A stretch of DNA of 64,000 nt, taken from contig JAHFBG010000006.1 in NCBI GenBank assembly GCA_023250155.1, positions 78,963-142,962 of the forward strand. The letters are read 5' to 3'. The first letter of the stretch is position 1. Every line of letters begins with the position of its first letter. The notes under the pieces were generated by a model. It was not told the DNA's origin and searched no databases. It saw only the letters and a list, made by a program, of their open reading frames with translations. Positions 7,244 through 16,735 of the stretch are shown piece after piece. This DNA comes from Candidatus Melainabacteria bacterium (GTDB taxonomy: Bacteria > Cyanobacteriota > Vampirovibrionia > 2-02-FULL-35-15). A program made the translations under genes and the position numbers.

Positions 7244-8968
7244 ATGATTTTTTTAAGACAAGTTTCTGGTTTAAAACAAGTATATTGTACAAAAGATGAA
7301 TCAGGTATGAGTGGTGAGGGTAGTGTAAAAAAGTCTGTTGATGAACAAATTTTAGTTAAGGATTTGAAAAATAGTAATTCAAGCGCTCACCATAATGCAA
7401 TATTGGCTCTTAGAAGGAGTGGAGGAGAAACAAGAGAAGCCGTCCCAGTATTGGTTGAAGCTTTGAAATGGGGTAATAATTGGGAAGTTCGCTGTCAAGC
7501 AATAGAGACTCTTGGAAAAATTGGAAAAGAAGCAAGAGAGGCAGTGCCAGTATTAATTGAAGTTTTGAAAAGTGATAGTGATTTAGCTGTTCGCTGTAAA
7601 GCAGTAGAAATCCTTGGAAAAATTATAGGAAAAGAAGCAGTGCCAACATTAATTGAAGTTTTTAAAAGTTGTAGTAATAATGAAGAACTTAACTATAGTG
7701 TATTAAAAGCCCTTAGAGAGCTTGGAGAAGAAGCAAGAGAAGCAGCACCAGAATTAATTGATGTTTTGAAAAAGGAATTTTGGGAAAAAGATTGTGGTAT
7801 TTCATTTTTTCCTTGTAGAGTAGCAGAGGCTCTTGGAAAAATTATAGGAAAAGAGGCAGTACCAACGCTAATTGAAACTTTTAAAAATGATAACAATTCG
7901 AGTGAAGTTCGCTGTTATGCAGCATGGGCTCTTAAAGGTATTGGAGAAGAAGCTAGGGAAGCAATACCAGTATTGCTTGAAGCCATAAAGAACGATAATG
8001 AATCTGGCTTTAGAGCAGCAGAGGCTCTTGCAGATATTGGAAAAGAAGTAATACCAGAACTAATTAAAATTTTAAAAAGTGATAGTGATTATAATGTTCG
8101 CATGCAGGCCGTACGAGTCTTTCGAGATATGGGAGAAGAAACAAAAGAAGCAGCAAAAGAAGCAGTACCAGTGTTAATTGAAGTTTTGAAAAGTTGTAGG
8201 AATGAGTTATTTGTTTACCGTACGACAATAGAGGCTCTTGGAAATATTGGAGACAAAGCAGCAGTGCCAGCATTGATAGAAGTTTTGAAAAGTAGTAAGT
8301 CGATTTTCCAAGAGGCGGCATGGGCTCTTGGAAGTATTGGAGAAGAAGCAAGAGAGGCAGTGCCAGCATTGATAGAAGCTTTGAACAGTGATTCACCTAG
8401 TAGCAGTGGTGTATCATGGGCTCTTGGAAATATTGGAGACAAAGCAGCAGTACCAGCATTGATAGAAGTTTTGAAAAATAGTAATAGTGACTCACGTGTT
8501 TGCCGTAGTGTAGTAAAGGCTCTTGAAAGAATCGGAGGAGAAGCAAGAGAAGCAGTGCCAGCATTGATAGAAGTTTTGAAAAGTGATAGTAATTCTTGCT
8601 TTAAGGCAATCGATATTCTTGAAGAGATTGGAGAACAGGCAAAAGAAGCAGTGCCAGTATTAATTAAAGTCTTGAAAAGTGATAATAATCCCAATATGCG
8701 CAATGGTGCAGCAAGGGCTCTTGGAAGAATTGGAGGTAAAGAAGCAGTGCTAGCATTGATAGAAGTTTTGAAAAACAGTAATAGTGACGACTCACTTGAT
8801 CACTATAAGATAGTAGAGGCTCTTGGATATATGGGTACAAAAGCTAGTGATGCATTGCCAGCTTTAGTTGAGATTCAAAAAAAGGATAGTGGTGGAGATA
8901 ATTTCCTATCAGAGACAATTGAAATAATTGAAGGAAAACGAAAAAGCTATACTCCATTTGACTTATAA
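7244..8968 (+). CDS. HEAT-repeat (PBS-lyase HEAT-like) protein
   Basis: More than 12 iterations of the EAVPxLIExLK...D..VR..A..ALG.IG module. SD AAAGGAGAAA upstream of ATG 7244. Confidence 0.85.
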   Translation: MIFLRQVSGLKQVYCTKDESGMSGEGSVKKSVDEQILVKDLKNSNSSAHHNAILALRRSGGETREAVPVLVEALKWGNNWEVRCQAIETLGKIGKEAREAVPVLIEVLKSDSDLAVRCKAVEILGKIIGKEAVPTLIEVFKSCSNNEELNYSVLKALRELGEEAREAAPELIDVLKKEFWEKDCGISFFPCRVAEALGKIIGKEAVPTLIETFKNDNNSSEVRCYAAWALKGIGEEAREAIPVLLEAIKNDNESGFRAAEALADIGKEVIPELIKILKSDSDYNVRMQAVRVFRDMGEETKEAAKEAVPVLIEVLKSCRNELFVYRTTIEALGNIGDKAAVPALIEVLKSSKSIFQEAAWALGSIGEEAREAVPALIEALNSDSPSSSGVSWALGNIGDKAAVPALIEVLKNSNSDSRVCRSVVKALERIGGEAREAVPALIEVLKSDSNSCFKAIDILEEIGEQAKEAVPVLIKVLKSDNNPNMRNGAARALGRIGGKEAVLALIEVLKNSNSDDSLDHYKIVEALGYMGTKASDALPALVEIQKKDSGGDNFLSETIEIIEGKRKSYTPFDL

Positions 8969-9097
8969 GCAATCCTGAAAAGAAAAATTCCAAAGAAAAG
9001 TGGAAACATTGAAGTGTATAGAAGAATCGAAGTCTTTGGCGAAGGGGATCATGATGAGTCCGCAAGGATACTAAAAGAGTAAAAAATCATTAAGTAG

Positions 9098-9157
9098 TTT
9101 AGTATTGTTTATCGTTTCACTTTTAATGTCAGATCCAGAGAGCGTGGAGTCTGAGAA
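9098..9157 (+). repeat. Direct repeat A2 (60 bp, identical to 3739-3798); truncated copy of the small-peptide ORF end
   Basis: Same 60-mer as A1. The upstream sequence here has in-frame stops, so only the C-terminal part of the peptide ORF is duplicated. Confidence 0.9.
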
Positions 9158-9442
9158 TTAGTGAGTTAAAACAACCAAATCTTTTTCAATTAGCTTTTGA
9201 AATGTAGGGCTCATATTTTCCCAGCTAACTATATCAACTTTAAAAGGTAAATCTGATTCTTCAAATTGTTCTTTTATGCTTGAGATTACTTTTCCTGGTA
9301 TTTTTTCTTTGTAGCAAAGATCTAAATCAGAATTCTTTCTTGCTTTTTTTTTAGCTCGTGAACCATATACATAAAATGTATAAGAGTATTTTTTTAAGAT
9401 CTCTTTTACTATCGTCAAATGTTTTTCTTTTATATCAACCAT
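9158..9442 (-). CDS. Nucleotidyltransferase-domain protein (MNT/HI0073-like; antitoxin partner of HEPN)
   Basis: YVYGSRAKKKARKNSDLDLC is the GS...DxD minimal NTase motif. 94 aa, 6 nt downstream of the HEPN-like gene. Confidence 0.8.
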   Translation of the reverse strand: MVDIKEKHLTIVKEILKKYSYTFYVYGSRAKKKARKNSDLDLCYKEKIPGKVISSIKEQFEESDLPFKVDIVSWENMSPTFQKLIEKDLVVLTH

Positions 9443-9448
9443 TTCAAA

Positions 9449-9835
9449 TTAGAGAGTCAGGATTTTGTTTATGAACTTTTCTACTTCTTTTTGGAAAGTA
9501 GGTAGAAAGCTAAAAATTTCTTCTGCTGTTTTTTTATTGTAGGTATGAGTGGTTTCATTTCGTTTTTTTATAAATTCAAACCAGATTTCTGCATCTTCAA
9601 TCAAGTTAAATTGTGCTGCTGTACGAAAAATATCCTTAGTGATTGATGTTTCTATGTTTTGATTAGCAAATATTCTTTTCATAGTTTTCCAACAAAGCTC
9701 ATAAGTATATTCAAAGGCTTGTATTGCACCAGCTTTTTCTAAATCTGATTTTGCATTTGCAATACCAAAATCTAAAGTCTTCTTTGCCTCAAGCAAAGGA
9801 GTTATATCAATTTCACCAAGAATTAGATTTGACAT
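9449..9835 (-). CDS. HI0074-family nucleotidyltransferase substrate-binding (HEPN-like) protein
   Basis: FEYTYELCWKTMKRIF and RNETTHTY (Rx4H HEPN-type motif). Paired with the MNT gene. Confidence 0.8.
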   Translation of the reverse strand: MSNLILGEIDITPLLEAKKTLDFGIANAKSDLEKAGAIQAFEYTYELCWKTMKRIFANQNIETSITKDIFRTAAQFNLIEDAEIWFEFIKKRNETTHTYNKKTAEEIFSFLPTFQKEVEKFINKILTL

Positions 9836-9854
9836 TAGTTCATTCTTAAAAACC

Positions 9855-9926
9855 TGGGCTACAAGGGACTCGAACCCATAACCTAACGCTTAAGAGGCGT
9901 GTGCTCTACCATTGAGCTAGTAGCCC
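9855..9926 (-). tRNA. tRNA-Lys (anticodon CUU)
   Basis: The reverse complement folds as a cloverleaf: acceptor GGGCTAC/GTAGCCC, D arm GCTC-AATGGTA-GAGC, anticodon loop CTCTTAA, T loop TTCGAGT. There is one mismatch each in the anticodon and T stems. CCA is not encoded. Confidence 0.8.
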
Positions 9927-10095
9927 ATAGATTGATTGTGCCTTCCTTATTCATTTTATTTAGAGCGAAGGTTTTTCTATATACGAAAAACCTGAGCGTC
10001 GATAAAGTGTGTGAATAAAATGCCATCTAATTAATCTTTGAAAGTCAGGGCACATCTTTACACTTGTTGTAAAATGTGCCCTGCGTAATAAAAAA

Positions 10096-10175
10096 TGGGC
10101 GCTGAGGGACTTGAACCCACACGGTTACCCATATGATCCTAAGTCATACGCGTCTGCCAATTCCGCCAAGCGCCC
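10096..10175 (-). tRNA. tRNA-Leu (anticodon UAG), long variable arm
   Basis: The reverse complement is GGGCGCTTGGCGGAATTGGCAGACGCG...TATGA-CTTAGGA-TCATA...GGGTTCAAGTCCC...AGCGCCCA. This closely parallels class II Leu tRNAs. Confidence 0.9.
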
Positions 10176-10276
10176 CTTTTCTTTTTTGATAGCTCAAGAC
10201 AAGCTTGAGCTTCCATTGACTATGCCAATCACTTGATCGGATTTATCGAATGAATCGGATAAACCCTTTCTAAGTG

Positions 10277-10349
<73 letters not shown>

Positions 10350-10604
10350 ATGTAACACCTTAATATAGTAATCTGTTTCTTTAACCTTTTGCATAAAAAA
10401 ACAAATTAGTTTATCTAAAATCATGGTTATATAGTACTATGATAGATTAAGGCTCTTAACCATATACTAACTAATTTATAATCTTTTTATAATCTCTCTA
10501 GACTTTAGCTTCTTAACTTTAATACAATCTTAATATACACGTTAGTGTATTAAAATTGCTATTTTAAGTAGTTTTAAAAGAATATCATTACATAATCCAA
10601 ATCA

Positions 10605-12800
10605 ATGTATTTAATTCCAGCAAACCTAAATACTGGCCCTGCTAAATGGGAGGAAGCTAAGTCTGTTCATAAAGACAGCAAACAAATCTCTACGCCTAAT
10701 ATTACAAAAGATAAACAAGATAATTCACAGCAAAAATCACATGGTCTTTTTAGTGCTCTAACGCTTGCTGGTGGAATTGGTTTGGGTTCTACTTTCAAGG
10801 ATGGTTTAAATCAAGGACTAAAAAATATTGCAAACCTAACAAATGGAGTCAGCAATATTATTTCTGTTCCTTTTTCACTGCTGTTTCCATACTTTATTTT
10901 GGACAATGAAAGAGCATCTCTTAGAGATGGAAAAAAATCTAAAGATGACTTATTTAATCGGATGATTTATACAGCAGCAAGTCTTGGATTTACTCCAAAT
11001 ACCTGGGGTGAACCTCTCAAGATGGGAACACGATCAAAAGGACACTTAGCACTTACATTAGCTAATCTGCCGCATATGTTATTTACCTTACTTTCTTATA
11101 CAGGAGGTAGAGCTATAGGTTGTTTGAAAGCATTCCAATTAAAATCAAATAAAGAAGAAGATAAACAATACAGGCTGCAACAAGAATTTGATGCCACTAT
11201 GACACTTGGAAATCTTGGTAGTGCACAGGCTTCTGTCATTCCCATGGCAAACCAGTTTGGACTTGGGTGGGAAACAATAACAGATGTTTTTAGAGGAGAT
11301 TTTGGTTCAGCATGGGATAGATTTAAACATGAGCCAGTTTCAGTAGTGCTTGGTACATGCTTTAATTCATGGATGTGGCCATTTGAATATGTAGCAAAGA
11401 TTTTTGATACTACAATTAGAACAGCAGAAGAAGTACCTACGTTTAAAAATGCATTTCCAGAAGGACATTTTGTTGTCAGGTGGTTAGAAAAAATAAAAGA
11501 TAAATGGCATTCAAATACCAAAGACCAAAACAGTGGCTTGGGTAAAGCTTTAAAATTTGCAAGAGAAGCATCAAAGATAGAGGCATTGATTATACCGCCA
11601 ATAGGTATGGTATCTGTAGTTTTGCCTACGATAAATAGATTTTTAAGAGGTGAGTTTTGGAATAAAGAAGCTCAAGAAATTGGTGGGGTAGTAGGAGCCT
11701 TCGATAAAATATTTAATCTAGCTGGGTTTGCAACACACATGTACTATACAGGTATCTATGCTTTAAATGTAAGGATCCCACAAACTATTACTACAGGGGC
11801 ATTTTACTTAACACATGCATATAATTGGATTAAGGGACAAAATCAGTTTAATGCAGATGGCTCTCTAAATGAAAAATATGTAGATCCAATTGATACTAGA
11901 GAAAGGCTATTTAACAATTCATTTGTAAATAAAATATCCAATTGGGCAGGAAATAAAATAAACAATATAGAAAAAGGACTTCATAAAGATCCAAATGATC
12001 AAATTTTAATAGCCAAGGATGAAGAAGGCAATCTAACTGGGAAATCCAGACACATAAGAAACTTTGCTGAAATTATGGCAAGTGAAGTATGCTTTATACC
12101 TGCTAAAGAAAAGCTTTATGAAGCTGCTGTAAGAGGCAGGTTCTTTGATGAAGGGTTAGATGAGGCAAATGGTGGAAAGATAAAAGAAGAAAATTGTAAA
12201 CCGTCAGATCTTAAGTGGGCACAAATACTTAAAGAAAATGAAGATACTGTAATTGAAAGTAGTAAGCAATATCTCATTCAATATTTAGAAAAATCTCAAC
12301 TGCTTACTAAAGATAAAGTAGATGAATTTTTACGACTTGAATTTGAAGGTGGGATAAAAGAAGAAATCAAGAAACTAGTAAAGAAAGATATAGAAGGTTC
12401 TAAGACTGCACTTAATAGAGGTGAAGTAAATGAGGAAGAAAAAGAAGTAAAATCAAAATCATTCCTTGAGCTTCTTACGAATTGGACAGATCTTAAGAAA
12501 GTATTAGCATTAAAAACCTTCCATGGACCAAATACATTCTTACCGCTTTGGATTAGAGGCTTTGTAAATGTAGTAGATTTTGGTAGAAGAAATGATCCTT
12601 TATGGTTGCGTAATCTAAAAGCTACAGAGACTGGTATTAGAGAAGGTGATGTACAACAAGCCTGCAATAGAGAGTTCATGCCAGTAGTGGGTTATGCATT
12701 CCAAAGCATGGGTAAAGGGATGGCATTAATACATGGCTTAGGAAATTTCTTAATGGGACGTGGTTCAATGCCAAGTTTTGGTGGAAATGAAGAGGATTAG
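10605..12800 (+). CDS. Large hypothetical protein (731 aa), hydrophobic N-terminal two-thirds and charged/coiled C-terminal third
   Basis: Long uninterrupted ORF. No motif recognised. First gene after the tRNA cluster. Confidence 0.6.
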   Translation: MYLIPANLNTGPAKWEEAKSVHKDSKQISTPNITKDKQDNSQQKSHGLFSALTLAGGIGLGSTFKDGLNQGLKNIANLTNGVSNIISVPFSLLFPYFILDNERASLRDGKKSKDDLFNRMIYTAASLGFTPNTWGEPLKMGTRSKGHLALTLANLPHMLFTLLSYTGGRAIGCLKAFQLKSNKEEDKQYRLQQEFDATMTLGNLGSAQASVIPMANQFGLGWETITDVFRGDFGSAWDRFKHEPVSVVLGTCFNSWMWPFEYVAKIFDTTIRTAEEVPTFKNAFPEGHFVVRWLEKIKDKWHSNTKDQNSGLGKALKFAREASKIEALIIPPIGMVSVVLPTINRFLRGEFWNKEAQEIGGVVGAFDKIFNLAGFATHMYYTGIYALNVRIPQTITTGAFYLTHAYNWIKGQNQFNADGSLNEKYVDPIDTRERLFNNSFVNKISNWAGNKINNIEKGLHKDPNDQILIAKDEEGNLTGKSRHIRNFAEIMASEVCFIPAKEKLYEAAVRGRFFDEGLDEANGGKIKEENCKPSDLKWAQILKENEDTVIESSKQYLIQYLEKSQLLTKDKVDEFLRLEFEGGIKEEIKKLVKKDIEGSKTALNRGEVNEEEKEVKSKSFLELLTNWTDLKKVLALKTFHGPNTFLPLWIRGFVNVVDFGRRNDPLWLRNLKATETGIREGDVQQACNREFMPVVGYAFQSMGKGMALIHGLGNFLMGRGSMPSFGGNEED

Positions 12801-12827
12801 ATAGATGCAAGATAGTGTATAATATTA

Positions 12828-13523
12828 GTGACTATGTTGGATCTAATAGAAATAAGAAAATTATCTGCAACCATAGGAATTTCTGCTTTAAATATTGTTA
12901 GAGAAAATTTAGAGATGGAAATTCTTGAAAGTCTATCGAAAAGTGATCTTTCTCATAGAATTATTTTTTATGGTGGGACATCAATTAGGCTGGTATATGG
13001 TGGTCAAAGGTTTTCTGAAGATTTAGATTTCATCTTTGAAAAGCAAAACAAAAATGATTATAAGGAACTAGAACAGGCATTGCTTAGTGTTTCTAAAGCA
13101 AATGAAGGTGTTTTGTTAGAAGAAGTACATGACAAGAGAAATACCCTTTTTGGATTAGTTCACATTTCCAATCCATTATTGAAACATTCTATAAGAATAA
13201 AAATAGAAATATCAAAAAAGCAACACAAACAAAAAGCAGAATATCTTATGCTACGTTCTCCATGCAGTATTTTAAATCCTATAATAAAAACAACATCATT
13301 AAATGATCTTATACAAAACAAATTATTAGCAATAAAAATGAGAAATGAACCTCGAGATTGGTTTGATTTGTGGTTTATGAGCAAAAAAAACAATACTAAT
13401 CTAAAACCGAAAATAGCCTTCCCTTTTAATAAGAAGGAATTTGAAAATGAACTTAAACGCTGGCTTCCAAAAACTTTTTGGAAGATTATTCCTGGAGTTA
13501 TTGTTTATTATGAAGAAAGTTAA
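12828..13523 (+). CDS. abiEii: AbiEii/AbiGii-family nucleotidyltransferase toxin (DUF1814)
   Basis: IFYGGTSIRLVYGGQRFSEDLDF matches the hallmark GGTAL...R.SEDLDF motif of AbiEii. Confidence 0.8.
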   Translation: MTMLDLIEIRKLSATIGISALNIVRENLEMEILESLSKSDLSHRIIFYGGTSIRLVYGGQRFSEDLDFIFEKQNKNDYKELEQALLSVSKANEGVLLEEVHDKRNTLFGLVHISNPLLKHSIRIKIEISKKQHKQKAEYLMLRSPCSILNPIIKTTSLNDLIQNKLLAIKMRNEPRDWFDLWFMSKKNNTNLKPKIAFPFNKKEFENELKRWLPKTFWKIIPGVIVYYEES

Positions 13524-14094
13524 ATATCATGAATTTAAAAAGAGACTAGAAGATGTAGGAAAAACTTACTTTACTATTCAAGAATTAGAAAAATTTTACA
13601 AAAATAAAAAATCAAGTCTTAAAAATCTACTTTCTAGATGGTCTAAAGAAGAGATAATATTTTCATTAAATAAAGGTTATTATTGTTTTGATGTTGAAAA
13701 ATTAGACTATTTAAATCACTCATGCAGTTTAATAAAACCTTCTTATATTTCATTTGAGTATGCATTGAATTACTATGGTATTCTGGATCAAGTACCGCAA
13801 GTTATAACTCTAGCTACTACTAAAAGACATAAGTTTGTTTACTCAGGTCCATATGTTTATGAGTACACAAGGATGAAGAAAGAACTTTTTTTTGCTTATG
13901 AAAGAGTTAATCAATACTATATTGCTTTGCCAGAGAAAGCTTTACTGGATACAGTGTATTTATTGTCAAGAAATAAAAGACTTGTGGATCTTAGTAGTTT
14001 AAATCATAAAAAAATAAATAAACATACACTGTATAATTACGCAAAGAAATTCCCTAAATATACTATAGAAAAATTAAAATCATTTGGATTTTGA
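13510..14094 (+). CDS. abiEi: AbiEi-family antitoxin/transcriptional regulator
   Basis: N-terminal wHTH-like FTIQELEKF...LLSRWSKEEIIFSLNKGYYCF and SYISFEYALNYYGILDQVPQVITLATTKR match AbiEi hallmarks. ATG at 13510 overlaps the AbiEii stop by 14 nt; the track start at 13441 looks like an upstream extension. Confidence 0.7.
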   Translation: MKKVKYHEFKKRLEDVGKTYFTIQELEKFYKNKKSSLKNLLSRWSKEEIIFSLNKGYYCFDVEKLDYLNHSCSLIKPSYISFEYALNYYGILDQVPQVITLATTKRHKFVYSGPYVYEYTRMKKELFFAYERVNQYYIALPEKALLDTVYLLSRNKRLVDLSSLNHKKINKHTLYNYAKKFPKYTIEKLKSFGF

Positions 14095-14164
14095 AAAGAA
14101 TAAAAAGACTTCTTAAGTTACTTTGTAAATTTTGTTTGTAAGTTTTAAGCTATAATACAAACTG

Positions 14165-14794
14165 ATGTATAAAGAGTTAAAAATAATTCTTGCAATTCTA
14201 CTTTTTGTAACAGTACTCTTAAACACGAATGTTTTAGCTAAAGTGGCAAAAGATCCTTATTTATACCTTAAAGAAGTTGGTAAAAGTACTTGTAGTTTAT
14301 TCAGGACAGTTAGAAGAGAATCTATTACTAAAGTGAAAGTAAAGGGAATTCCAAAAACCTTTTCCAAGGTTAAAGGCAAAATAGTTTTGTTATCACCTAC
14401 CAAGCGCTCTTTAAGTGGGACTGAGGCAGAAATTTTTAAAGGGAATGACAAATCAGTTAATCTGGTAAAAGTGATTAATGTAGAAGGTGTGAATACTGGT
14501 AGTAGTGTGAGTTTGAGAGGAGTCGGAGAATCTAGCAAAGGGTATTCTTTCTCATCAAGCCGTCTTGGATTTAAGAATTTTTGTATAGATCCAAAACGAA
14601 GAAGAAGTGCAAACTTCTTGAATTATTCTATATTGTCTATATCTCTAGCATTTAAAGATAAGTCAATTTCAATTGATGCAGATGTAGATAGCCCAGGACT
14701 TAAATCGATAGTAGAAAAAAATAGAGCAACAATTAAAGGTGGGATAGAGACCAAACTAGGCAAAGGAAGATTCAAGTTAATATATACGAAGTAG
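14165..14794 (+). CDS. Hypothetical secreted protein
   Basis: N-terminal signal-like segment ILAILLFVTVLLNTNVLAK. No other motif. Confidence 0.5.
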   Translation: MYKELKIILAILLFVTVLLNTNVLAKVAKDPYLYLKEVGKSTCSLFRTVRRESITKVKVKGIPKTFSKVKGKIVLLSPTKRSLSGTEAEIFKGNDKSVNLVKVINVEGVNTGSSVSLRGVGESSKGYSFSSSRLGFKNFCIDPKRRRSANFLNYSILSISLAFKDKSISIDADVDSPGLKSIVEKNRATIKGGIETKLGKGRFKLIYTK

Positions 14795-14891
14795 GGTTCT
14801 CTAACTAGGTTATTTAGGCTTGAACCTTCTTATACAAATTTCTATTAAATGAAAAAACAAATTAAATTTAATTAATAAAATTACTATTAAA

Positions 14892-16694
14892 ATGAAACAA
14901 AAATACCTAACAAAGTCAGATTTTAAAATAGCCCAGGACTGTCCAACAAAACTTTACTATAAAAAACTTGACTACCCGAATATCCTTGAGCAGGATGAGT
15001 ATTTAAAACTTCTTGCAGATGGTGGATACATAGTAGGTAAGATGGGTAGATTACTTTATCCGGATGGAATAGAAATTGAAATTGATGAGGACATAGAAAA
15101 AGCAATAGAAAAAACTAAAGAGTTCTTAAAAAAAGAAAATATAACTTTATTTGAGCCTATTATTAACATTGATGGCTTATTTATAAAAATTGATATTCTG
15201 ATTAAAAAAAATAATAACTTTGATCTTATAGAAGTAAAGTCTAAATCCTATGATAGTTCACCTGAAAAGAATTTATTTATAAGCAAAAAATCCAAGTGGG
15301 AACCTTACTTTGAAGATGTGGCTTATCAAGTCTATGTACTTAAAAAAGCATATCCTACAGCTAATATAAATTCATTCTTATTGCTGCCAGACAAATCAAA
15401 AAGAACAAAAATAGAAGGTCTTGCCTCTTGGTTTAAGCTAAATAAAAACAGTAAAAACTATGATGTTGAATTTACAGGGGATTTAGAGGAACTCAGAAAA
15501 GATGACATTCTTACATGTGTATCAGTAAACAATCAGGTAAAAAGACTTTTACCAATAGTCGAGGAGAATGCAAAACTTTATCTGGACAGTGTTTCATCCA
15601 CCATTAAAAAACTACCGAATCAAATCACCAAAGACTGTAAACAATGCGAATACAAACTTGATTCAAAAATTGAAAGAAATGGTTTTGCTGAGTGCTGGGG
15701 AAAATCAGCATTTGTGGAACCTCATATTTTTGATCTTTATAATATGGGTACAATAGGCGGAAATAGAACTCCTTTTGTTAATGAGCTAATAGCTAATGGA
15801 AAAGTTAGCTTATATGATATGCCATTAGATAAGCTGACTAAAACCAGAGGTGAAAGACAAAAGCTACAAATAGAAATGACTAAAACTAATAAAGAGTGGA
15901 TTTCTCCTCAGATGAACAATGTTTTAGAAAGTCTTAAATATCCACTTTACTTTATTGATTTTGAAACATCTAGAATGGCAATACCATATCATAAAAATAT
16001 GCGACCTTATGAGCAAATAATTTTTCAGTGGAGCTGCCATAAAATCAGTGAGCCAAATGCAAAACCAGAACATTTTGAGTGGATAAATTTAGAAGAATCA
16101 TTTCCTAATTTTAAATTTGCTAAAAGCTTAAAAAACTGTATAGGTGATGATGGAACTGTTTTTATGTGGGCAAGGCATGAAAATACAGCATTGAGAGACA
16201 TTTATGATCAAATGTACATTTATAACCATGAAGATGAAGAACTAAAAAACTGGCTAAACGATATTACACAGTTTGCGACAGATGATCACTCTACAAGGTT
16301 AGTGGATATGAATGACTTGACCTTAAAGTATTATTTTCATCCAGAGATGAAGGGAAGAACTTCACTTAAATATGTTCTTCCTGCAATTTGGAAAAACAAT
16401 TCTTATTTACATGAAGTCTCATGGTTGAAAGAATATTTAAAAGTAGAAAATAAAAAAGTGCTTGATCCGTATGAAACCTTACAGCAAATTGAAATAGTAG
16501 GGAAGGCAGAAGTAATAAAAGAAGGTACAGGAGCAATGAGAGCGTATCAAGAACTGCTATATGGGCTGAATAAAGATAACCCTGAAATTAAAGAAAAATG
16601 GACTAAAATATTACTTCAATATTGCAAACTAGATACCATGGCTATGGTGATTGTTTGGATGCATTGGGAGAGGTTGGTTTCAAAGCAAAGTTAA
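14892..16694 (+). CDS. DUF2779-like protein (N-terminal PD-(D/E)xK/Cas4-like nuclease fold, C-terminal DUF2779 region)
   Basis: IDILIKKNNNFDLIEVKSKS fits a D...ExK nuclease motif. YFIDFETSRMAIPYH...IFQWSCH matches my memory of the DUF2779 signature (fLDFE...FQfS.H). Confidence 0.65.
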   Translation: MKQKYLTKSDFKIAQDCPTKLYYKKLDYPNILEQDEYLKLLADGGYIVGKMGRLLYPDGIEIEIDEDIEKAIEKTKEFLKKENITLFEPIINIDGLFIKIDILIKKNNNFDLIEVKSKSYDSSPEKNLFISKKSKWEPYFEDVAYQVYVLKKAYPTANINSFLLLPDKSKRTKIEGLASWFKLNKNSKNYDVEFTGDLEELRKDDILTCVSVNNQVKRLLPIVEENAKLYLDSVSSTIKKLPNQITKDCKQCEYKLDSKIERNGFAECWGKSAFVEPHIFDLYNMGTIGGNRTPFVNELIANGKVSLYDMPLDKLTKTRGERQKLQIEMTKTNKEWISPQMNNVLESLKYPLYFIDFETSRMAIPYHKNMRPYEQIIFQWSCHKISEPNAKPEHFEWINLEESFPNFKFAKSLKNCIGDDGTVFMWARHENTALRDIYDQMYIYNHEDEELKNWLNDITQFATDDHSTRLVDMNDLTLKYYFHPEMKGRTSLKYVLPAIWKNNSYLHEVSWLKEYLKVENKKVLDPYETLQQIEIVGKAEVIKEGTGAMRAYQELLYGLNKDNPEIKEKWTKILLQYCKLDTMAMVIVWMHWERLVSKQS

Positions 16695-16735
16695 TAATCA
16701 TCATTTTTGTTACTTCCTTATATGTTTGATTAAGC

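Noticed and set aside
8064-8703. Two long antisense ORFs (110 and 162 aa) inside the HEAT-repeat gene.
   Set aside because: Repetitive, low-complexity translations mirror the sense-strand repeat modules. The sense ORF has the clear HEAT pattern and an SD.
8969-9097. Short open stretch reading ...KSGNIEVYRRIEVFGEGDHDESARILKE-stop after the HEAT gene; possible gene remnant.
   Set aside because: No start codon, no recognisable family and no second copy in the window. Cannot be supported as a pseudogene.
9927-10095. Hairpins between tRNA-Lys and tRNA-Leu (GAAGGTTTTTC/GAAAAACCT and CAGGGCACAT...ATGTGCCCTG) as a candidate ncRNA.
   Set aside because: They are most simply tRNA-transcript processing or terminator hairpins. 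There is no second copy and no further structure to support a distinct RNA gene.
13441-13509. Upstream extension of the AbiEi-like ORF (track start 13441).
   Set aside because: The extension lies inside the AbiEii coding region and adds a hydrophobic, non-conserved-looking peptide. ATG 13510 gives the usual AbiEi N-terminus.
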